Part shown: piece by piece, positions 57,860 to 64,000 of the stretch
Numbering within the stretch: the stretch's first letter is position 1
How the letters are laid out: every line of letters begins with the position of its first letter
Assembly (NCBI GenBank): GCA_964247055.1
Contig: OZ176055.1
Span: 9,052,001-9,116,000, forward strand
Direction of reading: 5' to 3'
Source of the DNA: Paragordius varius
Lineage: Eukaryota > Animalia > Nematomorpha
DNA length: 64,000 nucleotides
The notes under the pieces: model-generated
What the model saw: only the letters and a program-made list of their open reading frames with translations
What the model was told of the DNA's origin: nothing
Database searches by the model: none
Translations under genes and position numbers: made by a program

Positions 57860-58200
57860 GTGGTATTTAAAACTATACACATGGGTTTGGACGTGTTATG
57901 GTTATCATATGAATGGCGAATATTTTTTTCAAAAACAACTTAATTTTTGATATTATTAAGATAAGTGGTTATGTAAAATTATGCATTATTCATTTATAAT
58001 TATTTATAGGATACCTAGATTGCTATATTCTCAGCTATTTTACTAATCTTATCCATTATTAACTCTAATTCATACTAATAGGTACCTAAAGAGTCAACGT
58101 ATTTGTATTAATAGGGCAAGAATAGAAGTAAAATTAGTTTGTCTATAACACAGCATACACAGAAAATATCATAATAAAATATTTATATTCTAAAAAAGAG

Positions 58201-58503
58201 GAATGTCATGGTGTTTTTGGTTTTGGCCATTACGAGTGATATGAGAGAGCGTTTATTTTAAAAAATAGCCCATTTTTGAATAACAAAAAAGTTAAGGACT
58301 TTTGAAAACCACATCTAAAATCTAAAATATTTAGTTTTGCTTTTTATAAGTAGTTTATGTTAAAGTTTAGTGTTTAAAATGAAGCATTAGTTTTCGCCAA
58401 AAAAAATCTTTACCATTTTCTGATGTAGAATACTCACCACAAAAGTGTCATATCTCTTTAATCTCACTCGTAACGGCAAAAACCCATAGCACCATGATAT
58501 TCC
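58201..58503. repeat. Palindromic MITE-like element
   Basis: gaatgtcatggtgtttttggttttggccattacgagtga at the left, inverted as tcactcgtaacggcaaaaacccatagcaccatgatattc at the right; a partial left arm recurs at ~59016-59050. Confidence 0.6.
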
Positions 58504-58964
58504 TGTTTATTTTCCATCAAAATTTATATTTTTTAGGCTTTTTATACGATTTCGAAAGCATTGTTAGATTTTAAGGCTAACTAATTTTACAAAAGTGGTG
58601 ATAAAAAATATCATCAGCCAGAATTGTATTTAATAGCAAAACTTCTAAAATATCTTAAAACCCTTTCTCTCATTTAAAATACCCTAATAACATTCGACAA
58701 ATTTTTGCTAAAATTTACATTTAGTGAAAATCGTAAAATATATTGATGTCATAATCTAGCCTACATTATAATAGAGTTATTATCACAAAATCTTACATTT
58801 TTACGTTTATTTTATAGCCCATTTTGAAAGGGTCAAACGTTTAAGACTTTTGGACCTGGATCGAAAAATTAAAAGTAAATATAATTTTCTTTTTCCTAAT
58901 ATTTCTATTTACACTGCGTCCGAAATCGGGAAAGGTGGGGGGGTTATAAAAAATAACAAGAAAT

Positions 58965-58997
<33 letters not shown>

Positions 58998-59164
58998 CTG
59001 ATAAAATATAATATTATCATGGTGCTTTTGGTTTTGGCCTTTACGAGTAATAAGATTTACATTTTTGTGGTAAGTGCCTTATATCAGATAATTTGAGCAC
59101 ATTTTTATGAATAATTTTATAATGCAAGTTCAATCTTTACTCCAAAAAATATCATTAAATTATA

Positions 59165-60626
59165 TACCATTTTTCATGCAAAAACATCATTTTTTCAACC
59201 AAACGCACCATTTTTTCAAGCAAACGCAACATTTTTTCAAGCAAAGGCAACAACTTTTCAAGCAAATGCAATATTTTTTCAAGCAAAGACAACATTTTTT
59301 CAAGCAAACGCAACATTTTTTCATCCAAACGCAATATATTTTCAAGCAAACGCAACAATTTTTCAAGCAAAAACAACATTTTTTTCAAGCAAATATAACA
59401 ATTTTTTTGCACCAATTTTTTTGTCTTATGACAATTCTATAATTATTTATTCAATCTTAAATTAACGATTAGTGGAATTTTAGGGTTGAATAATTATATT
59501 TTTTTTATTATAAAATTATTAATGGTAAAATAATTTCCAAACATTTTAATTTTGCCCTATTATATATTATATTAAATATTCTATTTTATTTAGATCAACT
59601 TTATTTTAATATACAAACATATATTTTAAATATTTGACTTTTTATTTCAAACGTATAACCTATGAGTTTCAATATACACTTTTATGCAAACCTTTTGCGA
59701 AAAATCGAAATAACTAATGCGAGAATTTATATTATAAATTATATATTTATGTAAAAATATTAATTTATTTTTTGATTAACAATATTAAATATGATTGTAT
59801 GGGAGGCCCCCAGCAGCGTTTACCATATTATTCATCATTTTATTAAAATACTGGTTACAATCATCAGATGTAAGTGTTTTTACACCTTCTTCCAGGAGGT
59901 CACATATCTGCTGATTATTATTTGGGTCAGACAACCGCTGACGCACGTATAATTTAATTTTTGAGAACGAAAATTCAATAGGGTTAAGCATGTATGAGTA
60001 CGGAGACAAGAAGTGACTGCCATACTCAAAACTAGATACAATATCCTTTATTGCTTCTTTTTTATGGATAGTAGCATTATCCATAAAAAATATTATGTTA
60101 ATATACCTTTATAATTAACTTAAAGGTTTATATACGTTTAAAATATTAAAAACGTCAAATATTTAAAATATATGTTTGTATATTAAAATAAAGTTGATCT
60201 AAATAAAATAGAAAATTTAATATAATATATAATAGGGCAAAATTAAAATGTTTGGAAATTATTTATCATTAATTATTTTATAATAAAAAATAAATATAAT
60301 AATCCAACGCTAAAATTCCGCTAATCGTTAATTTAAGATTGAATAAACAATTATAGAATTGTCATAAGACAAAAAAATTGGTGCAAAAAAATTGTTATAT
60401 TTGCTTGAAAAAAATGTTGTTTTTGCTTGAAAAATTGTTGCGTTTGCTTGAAAATATGTTGCCTTTGGATGAAAAAATGTTGCGTTTGCTTGAAAAATTG
60501 TTGTATTTGCTTGAAAAAATGTTGCGTTTGCTTGAAAAATTGTTGTATTTGCTTGAAAAAATGTTGCGTTTGCTTGAAATGTTGCATTTGGTTGAAAAAA
60601 TGATGTTTTTGCATGAAAAATGGTAT
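59165..60626 (-). mobile_element. Tc1/IS630-superfamily foldback-like element: ~500-bp TIRs around a transposase C-terminal fragment
   Basis: TIRs ~59165-59660 and ~60125-60626, beginning TACCATTTTTCATGC in TA context and containing arrays of the 21-mer ttttttcaagcaaacgcaaca; central ORF 59785-60084 has DNATIH...LSPYSYMLNPIE with D-34-E spacing. Confidence 0.88.
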
Positions 60627-62114
60627 ATCATAAACTATGTAAACAATATTTTAAAAAATATTATTAGATCAAGGGCTTCAAAAGCTTCAATTTTTAGCTC
60701 TTCTTAAATGCGCTGGCTCTCCATGAATACAAAATTGCTAAGATTGCGCGATTAAATTATATGCTATTTGATACAATTGAAAATATTTACCCCAATATGC
60801 ATATTGTAAAAAAAAAATTGTGGAGCGTACTTCATGCTATTTTGATACATGATGGAAAAATAGAAACGCTTTAAGACATTCAAAAACTTGTCCTATACAA
60901 TTCGATGATGCTGAATTTGTATCGTTTTAGAACTTCAATTTAAAGGTTCGTTTGCTTGCAAATTTGGGTGAATAGTTGTAAAAAACACAATTTATATCTC
61001 TGGAATATGGATTAAATTAAACATTCATTGAAACATTAAAAATACCTTCTTTTTTCCAAGCTCATTTGAAATTGACATAAACAGCATTCATTGGGTACTG
61101 ATAGACAAATAAATTTAATTAGTAATAATTGATGTCAAACACAGACCTTTGAAAATACATTGAGTACCCTGAACTAAAAAGGGCTTCTTGTCTCCATTAT
61201 TTGTTTCCATTAAGGTATAAAAATATATCAGTTTCGATAACCATGTCAAATAATTACTGAGAAATATCTACAATTTTTAGCCGCAAGAATTTTAATTAAC
61301 AATATGAAAATATATTCAATTATAAATTATTATTCCATATGTTTTGTATTATTAATTATTGTTATTTAATATATTAGTTTTTATATTATAAAAAATGGCC
61401 TTGGATCTCAAGGAGATCAACACCCCAAATAGATAAATATGCTGGGCTGGGAGGACATATGAATTTTTCCATAAATTTTTTTTTGTAATTTTTTATTATT
61501 GGGATTTAAATAATAATTTAGTTATGGTTAAAAAGATGCTTATATATAACAATGACAGAAAGAATGGTAATATATTTAGGTATCCATCTTATAAGATCAA
61601 ATTAAGTTTTCAAAAAATAAATGATTAATTTTTATTTATTACAATTTTTGTTTTTTAAATCAAAGTGTTCCTGGTCAGCACATCCATTTTTTCAATAAAA
61701 AGATGAACCCCGGCGGGGCATTGAAATGATATTTTGAACCTTATATTTATAAATGAAAATCATATGTATATTATATATATATAAATGAAATTGAGCAAAC
61801 AAGCTTACAACATTATTTTTGATGTTTTTTATGGTTGATTAATTAATTATTGATTACCTTAAACAGGTAATATAAGTCGATTTATAATATCATATCCTAA
61901 TTAGTTGTAAATACATACATGCCTTTATTATTTGACATAAATTATACGGCAAAATTTTGATTATTATATTATATTTAGTATTTACGCTTAAATAATTAGG
62001 TATAAGCATGTAGGATCAATTAACTTTTTGTGTTAAATAAATTACAAAAAAATATGCAACAACCTTATTTTTCAAATAATGATATTTTTGGAATAAAATA
62101 AAAGACTTACAAAT

Positions 62115-63644
62115 ATGTTTTCCCAATTCGCTGGTTATGATTCCAAAATTGGATTTTCTGATCTTATAGCTCTACCCAAGATCGATGAAGAACACATTCT
62201 CAAAAATCTGAAATTAAGGTCAATTTTCCAAAACATTTTTTTTATATATCACTGATAATTTTCAAATAGTTAAGATGATAATGTTATTTATAACATTTTT
62301 TTATAAATGAAAGTGTGTTTCTCATTTTTAAATATTTTTAATTGAAAAATTGAAATATAATTTTATGTGTATTAACATGTAGTTTATATAATGCCTTCTA
62401 TCACAAAATTAAAATGAGAAATATTTTAAGCCACCACTTTGTGGCTCAATGAATTAATAAAAACTTAAAATTTCAAAAGTCCAAAGGGTGAATATATGAT
62501 ATTCATGAAGTGTTAGAATCAGTTTCGTAAAACTCCTTCACATAGGCAAATTTAAGTGGGCTCAACGGGTCTAGACCCAATATTTTCTATTATCTTGATA
62601 GAATAAAATAACAGTATCCAGTTATTAAATAAAATGATTTGAGCTATAAAAATTATAAAGAGCGTTTTATTCAATGTTTATAAACTTCACAAACTCACAG
62701 GTATGAACAAGGAAAAACTTATACGTACGTTGGAGATATTTTATTGTCGATAAATCCTTACCGTTTCTTACCCATTTATGATCGGGCCCAGATTGATACG
62801 TATCAAAATCGCCCTCTATATGAAAGACCTCCCCACATTTACGCCATTGCGGATATGGCACACAGCCGTCTCAAACGATTAGGAAAAAATATTTGCATTA
62901 TGATATCAGGTTTACAAATTCTCTTATTTAATATCATATGGAATGTAGTTTTAAAACTGTTAATTAAAAACCCCTTTTTGTGCGAATAACTGTAATTTTT
63001 TTCGTTCCGCTGTTCTAAAAAATTGAATAATCATACGATACAAATTGCAGATTAAAGCTATATATTTTAATAAAAATTTGGTCTGTTTACACCACATATC
63101 TAATTTATCATTCCTTAAATTTGTATACACATAAGTTTATGACTTATTTTGCAAAGCACATTTGAAAACTTAATATAATAGATTAGTGGAAATTACAATT
63201 AACACTCTTTCTGTAGCTATTCATGCGCAGAAGTATTTACATATTTTATGCCAATCAATGATAGTTGGTAACATTTCTTAATAAAATAAAACATTGGAAT
63301 TCTTTGAGCGGTTGCGTGTTCTTAATAAAACTAATATTCATATAAGAGAGCAGGCGGTAAGACACCTGGAGATTAATTAAATATCGGCAGAAAGATCGAA
63401 TCCAAATTAAAAACGCCGTCCAGGTGAAAATAACTTTGAGACTAATATATAAAGAAAATAATATGAAAATCCGTTCTGATTTTTAACTAGTCTAAATATA
63501 AGAGCAACTTCCCAAAACACTAAAGGAATTTATAACACAATGTTATTTAGGAGAAAGTGGTTCAGGAAAAACGGAAGCTTCGAAAATTCTTATGCGTTAC
63601 ATTGCTGCAACAACCAGTGTAAATTGCGACATAAATATTGAAAG
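62115..63644 (+). CDS. Unconventional myosin, class I-like, 5' part (gene continues beyond the window)
   Basis: Exons 62115-62218, 62701-62909, 63551-63644: SDLIALPKIDEEHILKNLKLR|YEQGKTYTYVGDILLSINPYR...PPHIYAIAD...CIMIS|GESGSGKTEASKILMRYIAA (P-loop). The absence of an N-terminal extension fits class I. Confidence 0.92.
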
Positions 63645-64000
63645 GTGACAAATTTTATACGATACATTTAATTAATATTTTAAAACATTGTTTAGCTGAA
63701 AATTTTTTGCAAACAAAAATATGTACTCTCGCTTAATTTGTAACGCATTTTTTTAAATATAATATTTTTATAAACCATTTTTTCTATATATATAAGGGTG
63801 GATTTCAATCGATTAAAAACAGTTCTGATCGCTTATGCGGTTTTTTAGGTTCCTAACCAGTCAAAATTGCCATTAATTCAAATTTATTATGCTATAGTTT
63901 AAAACCAAACAAAATAAGTCAATATTGGTTTTTTAGCATAAATTGAGTAATATAATTAAATAAATTGATAAAATAAAATTTTATATAATTTCAACTACAA

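Noticed and set aside
59107-60707. ORFs with heptad-like repeats (LLEKMLR..., QQFFKQT...) at 59107-59442, 59155-59415 and 60351-60707
   Set aside because: They are translations of the 21-bp tandem repeat in the transposon TIRs, open in several frames on both strands; not genes.

Overview
Very AT-rich (roughly three-quarters A+T by eye), intron-containing animal genomic DNA; the species cannot be assigned from sequence alone. Genes reconstructed by hand with GT-AG boundaries and consistent reading phases: RPS19 (+, 908-1765); a Na+/K+-ATPase alpha subunit (-, 23 mapped exons, 8124-28118); an intronless, divergent XRN2-like 5'-3' exoribonuclease (-, 32209-34224); a tail-to-tail pair of paralogous secreted His/Gly/Lys-rich precursors (42688-44214 +, 44915-46486 -); ferrochelatase (-, 52491-57859) with a BTB-BACK gene nested antisense in its last intron (53601-55028 +); and the 5' part of a class I myosin (+, from 62115). 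Intergenic DNA and long introns are full of mobile-element remnants: hAT with an 8-bp TSD, RTE-like LINE, mariner, a Tc1/IS630 foldback-like element and its MITE relatives, piggyBac-type MITEs, a probable Penelope-like fragment and a ~318-bp satellite array. Most notable: (1) spliceosomal introns of only 21, 22, 22, 27, 30, 33, 33 and 38 nt, sitting in the same genes as kb-sized introns; (2) a complete minimal type I hammerhead ribozyme at the tip of a long hairpin in the last ATPase intron; (3) the His-rich precursor pair with a shared KR|S processing site and a conserved C-terminal motif; (4) the XRN2 copy with intact catalytic acids but apparently altered 5'-end recognition residues.
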